DNA of 64,000 nucleotides from Deltaproteobacteria bacterium (GTDB lineage Bacteria; UBA10199; JACPAL01): NCBI GenBank assembly GCA_016180855.1, contig JACPAL010000005.1, positions 52,905 to 116,904 of the forward strand, read 5' to 3'. Shown piece by piece: positions 1 to 8,225 of this stretch (position 1 is its first letter; each line of letters starts with the position of its first letter). The notes under the pieces were generated by a model. It saw only the letters and a program-made list of their open reading frames with translations, ran no database searches and was not told where the DNA came from. The position numbers and the translations under genes were made by a program.

Positions 1-42
1 TACAACCGTAAGTACGCCTGCGTCGCGCCTCGCCGGCCTGCC

Positions 43-1041
43 TTGCATCGGGGCCTTTTTGAGAGCTTACAAATGATTTATCCTTTGCTGATTATCTTTT
101 TTCTGCTGTTGATGTCGGCCTCCTTTTCCAGTTTTGAGACGGCTGTTTTCTCCCTTTCCCCCCTGGAGAAGCATCGATTGAAACAGGCGGGTGGTCTGTC
201 GGCGCTTGTTCTTAAGGTTTTGGAAAAACCTCGAGAACTTCTGACGACCGTTTTACTGGGAAATGAGCTCGTCAATGTCGCGATTTCGATCCTTGCCGGT
301 AGCCTGGCTTATCAGTTTTTGAAGGGGCATGACGTTCGGTTTGTTTATGTTTTATCATTGGCCGTTGCCACTTTTCTGATCCTCGTTTTTGGGGAGATCA
401 TCCCCAAAAACATTGCGATTCGAAACCGTCAGACGGTTTCCCATTTTCTGATTTTTCCGTTCAATGTCTTTTCATGGCTGATGACCCCGTTGCGCCGCCT
501 TCTCACGGTGATCACCGACCGTCTTGTAGCACTTTTTGGTATTCTCCCTCAGCGGCGAATGATCGTTGAAGAGGAGTTCAAGACACTACTCGAGATGGGG
601 CGTGAAGAAGGGACCCTGGAGGAGTTCGAAAGGACCTTTCTCCAGAAGGTTTTTGATTTTTCATCGATTCATGTTTCGCAGATCATGACCCCGCGTCGGT
701 CGATCGTGGCGATTCCTGACACCTTTCCGCCGGAGGAGGTTTTGGGGGTTCTTCGCGAGAACCGCTATTCCCGTATTCCGGTCTATAAGGGACGCCTCGA
801 TGAGGTCATCGGCATCCTTCATGCCAAGAGCCTTCTCGATTTGAAGGTGTCCGAACCCTCCGTCATTAACCTGTCGGAGAGGATGAAAACATTTGTAACG
901 GTTAGGCCCCATCAGAAGCTCCCGGAGGTTTTTGAGGAGTTCAAACAGAAGCGGGTCCATATGGGGATTGTGAAGGATGAGCATGGAAGTACGGTCGGGA
1001 TCATCACCATGGATGATCTTTTGGAGGGTCTCTTTCCATGA
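43..1041 (+). CDS. CNNM/HlyC-CorC family membrane protein (DUF21 transmembrane domain plus CBS pair); true start probably the Met at about 73 (MIYPLL...)
   Basis: Hydrophobic N-terminal DUF21-like region followed by a tandem CBS-like segment (IMTPRRSIVAI, GIVKDEHGSTVGIITMDDLLE); translationally coupled (ATGA) to the next paralog. Confidence 0.7.
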   Translation: MHRGLFESLQMIYPLLIIFFLLLMSASFSSFETAVFSLSPLEKHRLKQAGGLSALVLKVLEKPRELLTTVLLGNELVNVAISILAGSLAYQFLKGHDVRFVYVLSLAVATFLILVFGEIIPKNIAIRNRQTVSHFLIFPFNVFSWLMTPLRRLLTVITDRLVALFGILPQRRMIVEEEFKTLLEMGREEGTLEEFERTFLQKVFDFSSIHVSQIMTPRRSIVAIPDTFPPEEVLGVLRENRYSRIPVYKGRLDEVIGILHAKSLLDLKVSEPSVINLSERMKTFVTVRPHQKLPEVFEEFKQKRVHMGIVKDEHGSTVGIITMDDLLEGLFP

Positions 1042-2291
1042 TCTGGGGCGATCTGATTCAGTTGTGTTTCTGGTCTGTTTTCTGCCTGTTTTTTGAGGCG
1101 GTTTTTTCCGGCACGGAGATGGCACTCGTTGCCTGTGACAAGCTTAAATTAAGTCATCGGGCCGGGCGGGGGGATCGTCGGGCCCGTATCGCTCTGACGC
1201 TCGCGAAAAAACCGGAGTGGTTTTTTTCGACGACCCTTCTGGGGCAGAATCTTTTTATTGTTGGCAATTCCATTCTTGTCACCTTCTTCATCTTTCGCCA
1301 TTTCGGGATGGAGTATGAGTGGGTCGGTCTCTTGCTCGCGCCGATCGTTCTCATTTTTGGCGAAGCGGTCCCAAAATCTGTTTTTCAGCGTGGGGCGGAC
1401 CGGCTGGGGCCCTGGTTTTCACCTTTTATCCTGTTCTTTTCGTATCTTTTTTCACCGATTGTCTGGCTTCTCTCCCGTTTGACGCTTCTCTTGATGGGAG
1501 GGGTGCGTGGAACGCTGCTCGGGGGGCATCCAGTCACTCCTGAATCGCTCGAATTGTTGGTCAAGAGTTCCGAGGTGCCTTTGAACCTTCCCGTTCATTT
1601 TCACAAAACAATCCTTCGAATCCTCTCCTTCCCCAAGAGGAAGGTTTATGAGGTCATGACCCCCCTTGCGGAGGTCTTTTCACTTTGGGACAGCCTTACG
1701 ATCAAGGAGGCGATTGTACAGACAAGTGAGGGGGGATATTCCCACATCCCGGTTTTTAACAAAAAGGCCCATAACATTGTCGGGATTGTCGGTACCTTTG
1801 ACCTTCTGATGGCGAAGAAGCTGACCGCTTCCGTCGAGTCTCTCATGCAGCCGCCTCTCTACGTGGCGAACCTCATGGGAATCCGGGATCTTTTTTACCT
1901 GTTTCGTGAACGGCGATCCAATATGGCAGTCGTCGTCGATGAGTATGGTGGTGCTGTAGGGATTGTGACTTTTGAGGATCTGATCGAAGAGATCCTCGGA
2001 GCGATTGATGATGAGTATGATCAGGCTGAAAAGCAATGGACGGCGGTTTCTGAGGGAAATTACCTCGTCAAGGGCAGGATGACGTTGGATGAAGTGAATG
2101 AGACGTTTTCATGGGCCTTGCCCAAAGGGCATTATGAAACTTTGGCCGGGTTTCTCTTAAATCGATTTGGCCGCTTTCCGGGCGTTGGAGAGACTCTGAA
2201 ATTCGGTCCTTTAGTGTTTACAGTTCAGAAGGGAACCTCCCGGTTGCTTGATGAGGTCATGGTTCAGGTGGATAAAGGGAGAAAAGTTTGA
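1038..2291 (+). CDS. CNNM/HlyC-CorC family protein (DUF21 + CBS pair + CorC_HlyC C-terminal domain), hemolysin-like magnesium/cobalt efflux family
   Basis: Same architecture as the previous ORF plus a C-terminal transporter-associated domain (GNYLVKGRMTLDEVNE...GETL); overlaps neighbours by 4 bp on both sides. Confidence 0.75.
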   Translation: MIWGDLIQLCFWSVFCLFFEAVFSGTEMALVACDKLKLSHRAGRGDRRARIALTLAKKPEWFFSTTLLGQNLFIVGNSILVTFFIFRHFGMEYEWVGLLLAPIVLIFGEAVPKSVFQRGADRLGPWFSPFILFFSYLFSPIVWLLSRLTLLLMGGVRGTLLGGHPVTPESLELLVKSSEVPLNLPVHFHKTILRILSFPKRKVYEVMTPLAEVFSLWDSLTIKEAIVQTSEGGYSHIPVFNKKAHNIVGIVGTFDLLMAKKLTASVESLMQPPLYVANLMGIRDLFYLFRERRSNMAVVVDEYGGAVGIVTFEDLIEEILGAIDDEYDQAEKQWTAVSEGNYLVKGRMTLDEVNETFSWALPKGHYETLAGFLLNRFGRFPGVGETLKFGPLVFTVQKGTSRLLDEVMVQVDKGRKV

Positions 2292-3415
2292 GGGAGGAAA
2301 AGGTAGTTGTCATCGAACGTCTGGCCCATGGGGGAAACGGCGTTGGCCGGATCAACAACAAGGTTGTTTTTGTCCCCGGGACCGTGCCGGGAGATCGCGT
2401 CAAAATTTGCATTACTGAGAGCCGTGGCCGGTTTGATCGTGGTGAAGTTCTGGAGATTCTGGAACCTTCTCCGGGACGCATCTCCCCCCGATGTTCCGTC
2501 TTTGGTCTCTGCGGGGGATGTCAGTGGCAACACCTCGATTATGCCACGCAGCTTCGTGAAAAAACGGCGATCCTCAAGGAGAGTTTGCAACGGATCGGCA
2601 AGATTGCGGATGTTATCCCTCTCCCGATCATCCCGTCGCCGCATCACTGGAATTATCGACAACGAATCCAGTTACACACCGACGCCGAATCCCACGTTGG
2701 TTTTTACAGATCCGAACGTCATGAGGTTGTGGAGTTTAATCGTTGCGAGATTGCCTTTCCCCGGTTGAACGAACATCTTCAGGGGCTAAAATCCAATGGC
2801 TACAAAAATTTTCCGAGACATTTTGAACTTGCAGTTGATGGGGAGGAGGTCACCCTCTTTCCATTGGAAGAGGAGGGGAGGTTCTTTTCTCAGGTTAATC
2901 CGGAGTTGAATGAACGTTTGATAGAGACGGTGCTTCACTTCGCGCTGGGTCGCTCCGAACCAGCCTTCACCAAAAAATGGACCCTTGTTGAGCTTTACTG
3001 TGGATCCGGGAACTTTACCTTCTCGTTGGCCCGAAGGGTTGGGAAGGTTTTTGCCGTGGAGCATTCGCTGGCGGCATTGCAGGAGGCGGAAAAAAGGGCG
3101 GCCCATCTTGGGTTAACAAATATTGAGTTCTTGCAAGGTTCCGCTGAGTGGGGGTTGAAGAGATTTTATCGGAGGAAATCTCCTGTCGATATTCTTCTCC
3201 TTGATCCCCCTCGCCAAGGTGCCTCCGAAATTTTGGATCTCATTATTGTTCTTAAGCCGCGGGTGATTGTCTATGTCTCGTGTGATCCCACAACACTTGC
3301 GCGCGATGTCGGTTTTTGGAGCCGTCATCGGTACCGACTGGAAGAGGTGCAACCGCTCGACATGTTCCCCCAAACGTATCATCTTGAAACAGTTGTCAAA
3401 TTAGTTCGTGCGTAA
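2288..3415 (+). CDS. rlmD: 23S rRNA (uracil-5)-methyltransferase, RlmD/RumA family (TRAM + 4Fe-4S + SAM methyltransferase)
   Basis: TRAM-like N-terminus (VVIERLAHGGNGVGR), Cys cluster (CSVFGLCGGCQWQH), SAM-methyltransferase motifs (LYCGSGNFT, LLDPPRQG). Confidence 0.75.
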   Translation: MREEKVVVIERLAHGGNGVGRINNKVVFVPGTVPGDRVKICITESRGRFDRGEVLEILEPSPGRISPRCSVFGLCGGCQWQHLDYATQLREKTAILKESLQRIGKIADVIPLPIIPSPHHWNYRQRIQLHTDAESHVGFYRSERHEVVEFNRCEIAFPRLNEHLQGLKSNGYKNFPRHFELAVDGEEVTLFPLEEEGRFFSQVNPELNERLIETVLHFALGRSEPAFTKKWTLVELYCGSGNFTFSLARRVGKVFAVEHSLAALQEAEKRAAHLGLTNIEFLQGSAEWGLKRFYRRKSPVDILLLDPPRQGASEILDLIIVLKPRVIVYVSCDPTTLARDVGFWSRHRYRLEEVQPLDMFPQTYHLETVVKLVRA

Positions 3416-3463
3416 GAGTAATTTCTTGACGCTCACTCCAAAACGGGTCAAATCAGCTCCTGT

Positions 3464-5041
3464 ATGTCGAGGCTGACGCTTGATCGGGATAGAATAGAGA
3501 GTTGCCGCAAGATTTCGGAGAAAGTCGCCCGTAATCTTCAGGATGTTGTTGATCATCATACAACCATTTCTGTGGAGAGGGCTGTCCTGAGGCTCTTTGG
3601 AATTGAGGAGGCCTACAAGGGGAGGCCATTGGTTGAGGCCGTTTTGAATACCCTTGGGCCAGAGGACCTCTCCAAGGGGATTTGCTATTGGCTCGGGAGG
3701 GCGCTCGTTTCACAAAGGACGACACCGATCAGTTTTTGTCTGAGGGTTGCCGAGGGGAGGCTTCGCTTCCAGGAGTTGCCCGATGTCGACCCGGAGGAGA
3801 TTCGGGTTGTTTTGGTTCCGCTGGCCGAAGGGGCGATTAGCCGGATTGAACAGGCCAAAGAGACACGTAAAAAAAGGCTCCGCTCGCTCCCTCCTTCGCC
3901 CAGGCCTCTTCGCTACGTCACGCTCTCACCCTCATCCGTTGAGGAGCAACGGGAGGAGGCAAGGTCTGCCATTCTTCAGGGGGCGGATTGCATCGACATC
4001 GGTTCTGTCCCTCATTTGGAATTATTGCCGGAGAGATACCGTCTTTTTCGGAACCTGCTTGACGAGATTTCAGATCGTGAAGGGAGGTATATTCGACTTA
4101 TTGCCTCGGCGACGGATGGTCAAATAGCAGAGGTGACAACGATCGCCGCCCTGGAGAAGGTCGATTATCTTTCGGGGGACCTGTTTTGTGATGTTTTAGG
4201 AGGAAGGGGGACGGTCAAACAGAACCTCATTGAGCATCAGTTCGCGCGAAGGGTCATGGCCTGTGCCGGAATTGTCCTCAATACAGGCGTGAATTTACCG
4301 GCCGCATCCGGTGGAAATTACTCCCAGGTGATTGCCACACATTTTCTCACAGAGAGTTTATCCCTTGCTGGAGGCATGGCGTTTGATCAGATCGGTCTGG
4401 GGCATCCTTTCCGGTGGTCACCGGAATCAGAGGAGCTTCTTCTCCACGAGATGTCTGGCTCCTGCCTGATTCGTGAGCTGTTCCCAAAGGCCCCCCTTAA
4501 ATATCTTCCCCCTTCACCGGATTCTCTCCCTGAGGATCTGAACCCCAGGTTTCTTCAGTGGCTCTATCACTGGGTTGCCCTGGTAACCGGTCAGGAGATT
4601 TTTCAGGTAAAAGATGTGAAAGGGGATTTAAGGCAGTTGGCGATGATGAAACCCCTCGCGGAGGGATTCATGGACGAGATGGAGTTTGCCTCTAACGGTA
4701 AACTGGTTCGTCGGGCACGAACTTTTTTAGATGATGCCTTCCACCTTCTCCAGCGGGTTGAAAGATATGGTTTTTTGAAGTCATTTGAAGAGGGGCTTTT
4801 TGGGAACACCTCTCTTTTATCGACGTCGGATGAAGGGTCGATTCATAAGGGAGATCATTATTACAATCCGCTGCTGGAGCTTTTAAACAGGCCGTCTGAA
4901 GAGGAGACCTCGCCGATTACCCACACTTATCACAGGGGCTCTGAGAGGGGTCATGGGGAAAGACGAGGACGCCGTGTGGGAGGGCCTCCAAGACGGGGGC
5001 ATGGCAGAGGACGTCCCAGACGTAAGCAAAGTCGGAAATGA
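3464..5041 (+). CDS. Lysine 5,6-aminomutase alpha subunit (KamD)-like TIM-barrel protein, orphan (no B12-binding beta partner), with an Arg/Gly-rich C-terminal tail
   Basis: Blocks resembling the KamD/OraE alpha-subunit family as I remember it (HHTTISVERAVLRLFGIEEA; YIRLIASATDG; FPKAPLKYLPPSPD); C-terminus RGSERGHGERRGRRVGGPPRRGHGRGRPRRKQSRK. Confidence 0.5.
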   Translation: MSRLTLDRDRIESCRKISEKVARNLQDVVDHHTTISVERAVLRLFGIEEAYKGRPLVEAVLNTLGPEDLSKGICYWLGRALVSQRTTPISFCLRVAEGRLRFQELPDVDPEEIRVVLVPLAEGAISRIEQAKETRKKRLRSLPPSPRPLRYVTLSPSSVEEQREEARSAILQGADCIDIGSVPHLELLPERYRLFRNLLDEISDREGRYIRLIASATDGQIAEVTTIAALEKVDYLSGDLFCDVLGGRGTVKQNLIEHQFARRVMACAGIVLNTGVNLPAASGGNYSQVIATHFLTESLSLAGGMAFDQIGLGHPFRWSPESEELLLHEMSGSCLIRELFPKAPLKYLPPSPDSLPEDLNPRFLQWLYHWVALVTGQEIFQVKDVKGDLRQLAMMKPLAEGFMDEMEFASNGKLVRRARTFLDDAFHLLQRVERYGFLKSFEEGLFGNTSLLSTSDEGSIHKGDHYYNPLLELLNRPSEEETSPITHTYHRGSERGHGERRGRRVGGPPRRGHGRGRPRRKQSRK

Positions 5042-5044
5042 TTT

Positions 5045-5971
5045 ATGCCAGGAATCGGCATTGTCCTAAATCCGCATTCCAAGCGTTATCGCAAAAATCC
5101 TGAAAAATTGAAGAGGATGGGTTTTATTGTTGGAGAGAGGGGAAACTTTGCGCCAACCAATAACGATCTCGACATCCGGCGTGTTGCTGAAGAGTTCAAA
5201 AGGAAGGAGATCGATATCCTCGCGATCACGGGGGGTGATGGGACGAATCATGTCACGCTCACAACGTTTATCCAGGTTTATGGGGATCAACCTCTTCCCA
5301 AAATTACCTTCTTGAGAGGGGGAACTCTCAATACGATTGCCTTTGGATGTGGTATCTACGGCGCTCCGGAAAAAATACTGACTAACCTTCTCTATAAATA
5401 TCACGAGGATGAACCGTTTGAGCAGACGGAGATTGATATCATGAATATCAACGGCAAATACGGTTTTATCTGGGGATGTGGAGTGATTGACCGGTTCATG
5501 AACGCCTACTATCGGGGCGGCATTCCGTCTCCCACGCAGGCGGCCGGGACTTTGTTCAAGTCGATCGGTTCCGCGCTGGTCAATGGTCCGTTTGCCTGCA
5601 AAATGTTTGAGAGGATGGATGCCGAGGTTCAGGTCGATGGCGAAAGGTGGCCGTTCAAAAATTATTCCGCTATTTATGCCGGCTCCCTCGAATACCTCGG
5701 CCTTGCCTTTCGTGTCTTCTACAAGGCGGTGGAGCCAAGGCGATTTCATGCGGTCGGTTTTTCGCTCCCGCCGCGGAATGTGCTTGCTTACGTTCCACGC
5801 ATGTTTTTGGGGAAGCGATCAGGTTGTCCTGACCTCGTGGAGAACTCCTGTGCTGAAATGGTTATCCGGCTTTCCGAACCGGTGGGGTATACGATTGATG
5901 GTGATCTACATCCACCGACCAATCAGTTTCACTTAAAACTCGGTCCCCGTCTCAAGGTCATCGTTCGTTGA
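5045..5971 (+). CDS. DAGK-catalytic-domain family kinase (YegS/BmrU/NAD-kinase-like lipid kinase)
   Basis: ITGGDGT motif and overall DAGK_cat-like N-terminal half; starts 4 bp after the stop of the KamD-like gene. Confidence 0.55.
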   Translation: MPGIGIVLNPHSKRYRKNPEKLKRMGFIVGERGNFAPTNNDLDIRRVAEEFKRKEIDILAITGGDGTNHVTLTTFIQVYGDQPLPKITFLRGGTLNTIAFGCGIYGAPEKILTNLLYKYHEDEPFEQTEIDIMNINGKYGFIWGCGVIDRFMNAYYRGGIPSPTQAAGTLFKSIGSALVNGPFACKMFERMDAEVQVDGERWPFKNYSAIYAGSLEYLGLAFRVFYKAVEPRRFHAVGFSLPPRNVLAYVPRMFLGKRSGCPDLVENSCAEMVIRLSEPVGYTIDGDLHPPTNQFHLKLGPRLKVIVR

Positions 5972-6056
5972 GCCTGATTTGTTGGGTGTGTTGAAAAAAT
6001 GGCATTTTTCAACAGTCCCTTGTTTGGCATGCTCCTTGCAGTTGAGGGATCCGGGT

Positions 6057-6509
6057 ATGGTCTCTCCTTCGATTAAACTTAATGGAAGGCCGTTTCGGCT
6101 TCTCAAAATGATAAGTTTTATCATTTTGATAGGCGGTCTCGTCTTGGGTGTCGCCTGCAAGGAGGGAGAGCAGGAGCCTGGCACGCCGGAACCGACCGCG
6201 AATGTTCCAGAAGAGCAGAACCCTGATTTAGATGGTTCTACGGAGGGGCTTTCGGATCTGGAGGGGCGAATGGGTGAGCTCCCCCATGATGAGAAAACCG
6301 TTCCTCCCCTCCGTGATCCGAAGGTCCTGCAAGGCTCGGGACCGGAGATCATGAGTGCCTTTCCTCCCGAGATTGATGCCGATCAGGATGGGGTCGTCGA
6401 TCGCTCTCTTCCCAATCAGCCGGAACTGCCGGTTGACAATTGCCCCCAATATTATAATCCGGATCAAGAAGACGGGAATCAAAATGGCATCGGCGATGTG
6501 TGTGAGTAA
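6057..6509 (+). CDS. Small lipoprotein with thrombospondin type-3 (TSP3) calcium-binding repeats
   Basis: Signal peptide ending LVLGVAC (lipobox-like); TSP3-like repeats DADQDGVVDRS and DNCPQYYNPDQEDGNQNGIGDVCE; start ambiguous (Met at about 6057 or about 6108; ORF opens at 5979). Confidence 0.5.
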   Translation: MVSPSIKLNGRPFRLLKMISFIILIGGLVLGVACKEGEQEPGTPEPTANVPEEQNPDLDGSTEGLSDLEGRMGELPHDEKTVPPLRDPKVLQGSGPEIMSAFPPEIDADQDGVVDRSLPNQPELPVDNCPQYYNPDQEDGNQNGIGDVCE

Positions 6510-6536
6510 TTTTCCAACGAACAATAAGGAGATTTT

Positions 6537-6914
6537 ATGAGAAAAACCACGTGGTCTATAGTAATCCTGTTCGCCTTTGTTTCTCTGACATTAGGCGTAA
6601 TTTCCGGCCATGTTGAGGCCCAAACTAAGGCGAGGACATCCTCAAGGACCCAACAGGGTATTGCCAGACAACCATCCCGGGTTCTTGAGCCGCGCTGCAT
6701 TATAGGACGGGACGCCGTGTTAAATGATCCAAGTTTATCTCGTGAACAAATAAAGACCTACCTCGATTACATCGACAAAGATAAAGGATTCGTTTTTGAT
6801 CGAAACGGTATGCTGGATGTCTTGAGCGGTTCGGGAGGAAGTGCAGCTGCCTGTGATGATGACTGTAATTGGTGCTGCTGTGATTCAAACGGCCAGAATT
6901 GTAGATGTTGCTGA
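6537..6914 (+). CDS. Secreted small protein (125 aa) with a signal peptide, a roughly 70-aa pro-region, a GSGGS linker and a C-terminal 9-cysteine tail (CDDDCNWCCCDSNGQNCRCC)
   Basis: Clear Sec signal (MRKTTWSIVILFAFVSLTLGVISGHVEA); 9 Cys in the last 23 residues; AGGAG-like RBS (aaggagatt) ahead of the ATG. Confidence 0.55.
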   Translation: MRKTTWSIVILFAFVSLTLGVISGHVEAQTKARTSSRTQQGIARQPSRVLEPRCIIGRDAVLNDPSLSREQIKTYLDYIDKDKGFVFDRNGMLDVLSGSGGSAAACDDDCNWCCCDSNGQNCRCC

Positions 6915-6964
6915 CCGTCCCTTAAAATCTTGAAAGTGAGCGTGAGCGATGTTAGCACCCGATC

Positions 6965-8107
6965 ATGTCTTTGGGTGTTGGCCTCATGTCTGGAACCTCT
7001 ATCGATGGGATTGATGCGGCTGTTGTTCGGTTCTCCTCGAAAGCGGATCAAAAACCCCTTCATCTCGTGGCGTTTGAAACCTACCGGTTCCCTCAAAAAA
7101 TTCGGAAGAGAGTCCTGGCCTGTTCGGACGGCAAATTTTCGGACAAGGAAGAGTTGTGCCGCCTCCATTTTGAATTAGGCGAACTTTTTGCGGGGGCTGT
7201 TAAGAAGATTTGTCACAAGGCGAAAATTCCGATCGGCCGGATCGATTTTATCGGCTCCCATGGGCAGACGGTTTGTCATCTGGGGCAGGAAGGGAGCGTT
7301 CAACTGGGAGAGCCTTCCATCATTGCGGAGAGGACCGGCATTACCACAGTTGCCGATTTTCGGTCGCGTGACATTGCCGCGGGAGGAACAGGGGCACCGC
7401 TCGCCCCCTATCTCCATTACCACCTTTTTCACTCTTCCCGGTTGAGCAGGGCTGTTCACAACCTCGGTGGGATCAGCAATCTGACCTTTTTGCCAAAGAA
7501 CGCCTCTCTCAAGGAGGTGACCGGTTTTGATACAGGTCCGGGCAACATGGTGATCGATGGTCTGATGCGTGAAAAAAGTGGCGGACGTCATCACTTCGAT
7601 GAGGACGGAAGAGTGGCACTCCGAGGGCGAATCTCGCTTTCTCTCTTAAAGGAACTCCTTCGGGGACCGTTTATCGGTAAGCGACCTCCAAAAACGTGTG
7701 GTCGTGAGGAGTTTGGAAGAGATTTTGTCATGACGTTTCTGTCGCGGGGCGAACGGCTTAAGCTTCGGTTTGAAGATATTGTCTCAACGGCTACTGCCTT
7801 CACAGCGGTATCGATTGCCGAGAATTATCGTCGTTTTATCTTTTCCAAGGGGAGGCTTGATGAAATTATTTTTATGGGAGGCGGCGTGCACAACGAGACA
7901 CTCATGACAATGATTCGTGCGGAACTGGTTGGGACGAAGATCAGCACACTCGACGAGTATCCCTTTGGTATCCCTTCCGATGCCGCCGAGGCGGTGCTTT
8001 TTGCCCTGCTGGCCCATGAAACCCTTCAGGGCCGTCCGACGAATCTTCCGCGTGTAACCGGGGCCAGAAAATCGGTAGTGTTGGGTACGATAACGCCCGG
8101 AAATTGA
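6965..8107 (+). CDS. anmK: Anhydro-N-acetylmuramic acid kinase
   Basis: AnmK signature blocks (MSGTSIDGIDAA; DFRSRDIAAGGTGAPLAP; FDTGPGNMVID). Confidence 0.85.
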   Translation: MSLGVGLMSGTSIDGIDAAVVRFSSKADQKPLHLVAFETYRFPQKIRKRVLACSDGKFSDKEELCRLHFELGELFAGAVKKICHKAKIPIGRIDFIGSHGQTVCHLGQEGSVQLGEPSIIAERTGITTVADFRSRDIAAGGTGAPLAPYLHYHLFHSSRLSRAVHNLGGISNLTFLPKNASLKEVTGFDTGPGNMVIDGLMREKSGGRHHFDEDGRVALRGRISLSLLKELLRGPFIGKRPPKTCGREEFGRDFVMTFLSRGERLKLRFEDIVSTATAFTAVSIAENYRRFIFSKGRLDEIIFMGGGVHNETLMTMIRAELVGTKISTLDEYPFGIPSDAAEAVLFALLAHETLQGRPTNLPRVTGARKSVVLGTITPGN

Positions 8108-8127
8108 AAAGACTGTCCCTCTGGCAC

Positions 8128-8146
8128 CCGATCGCGAGGAAGGTTT
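8128..8146. repeat. 19-bp direct repeat CCGATCGCGAGGAAGGTTT, copy 1 (upstream of the DUF4143 ATPase gene)
   Basis: Identical 19-mer recurs at 9405-9423; the pair brackets the ATPase gene. Confidence 0.8.
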
Positions 8147-8225
8147 AAGAAAATCGGAGAACCCGATATATTCTATAAGAAAACCAACTTGCATATAGTT
8201 CGATCATATGAAACCATAGATTCTT

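Noticed and set aside
2307-2768. 153-aa alternate-frame ORF inside rlmD, along with many similar 60-150-aa ORFs in the track (e.g. 661-1125, 5066-5749, 16301-17050, 21526-21903, 33218-33646, 45189-46019, 48828-49667, 56217-57002)
   Set aside because: They lie entirely within, or antisense to, longer ORFs with clear homology. Their composition is Arg/Pro/Ser-rich, as expected for off-frame reading of GC-rich coding DNA.
8121-8140. TGGCAC hexamer upstream of DUF4143 paralog 1 as a sigma-54 promoter
   Set aside because: The -12 position reads CGCG and not TTGC, so this is a -24-only match.
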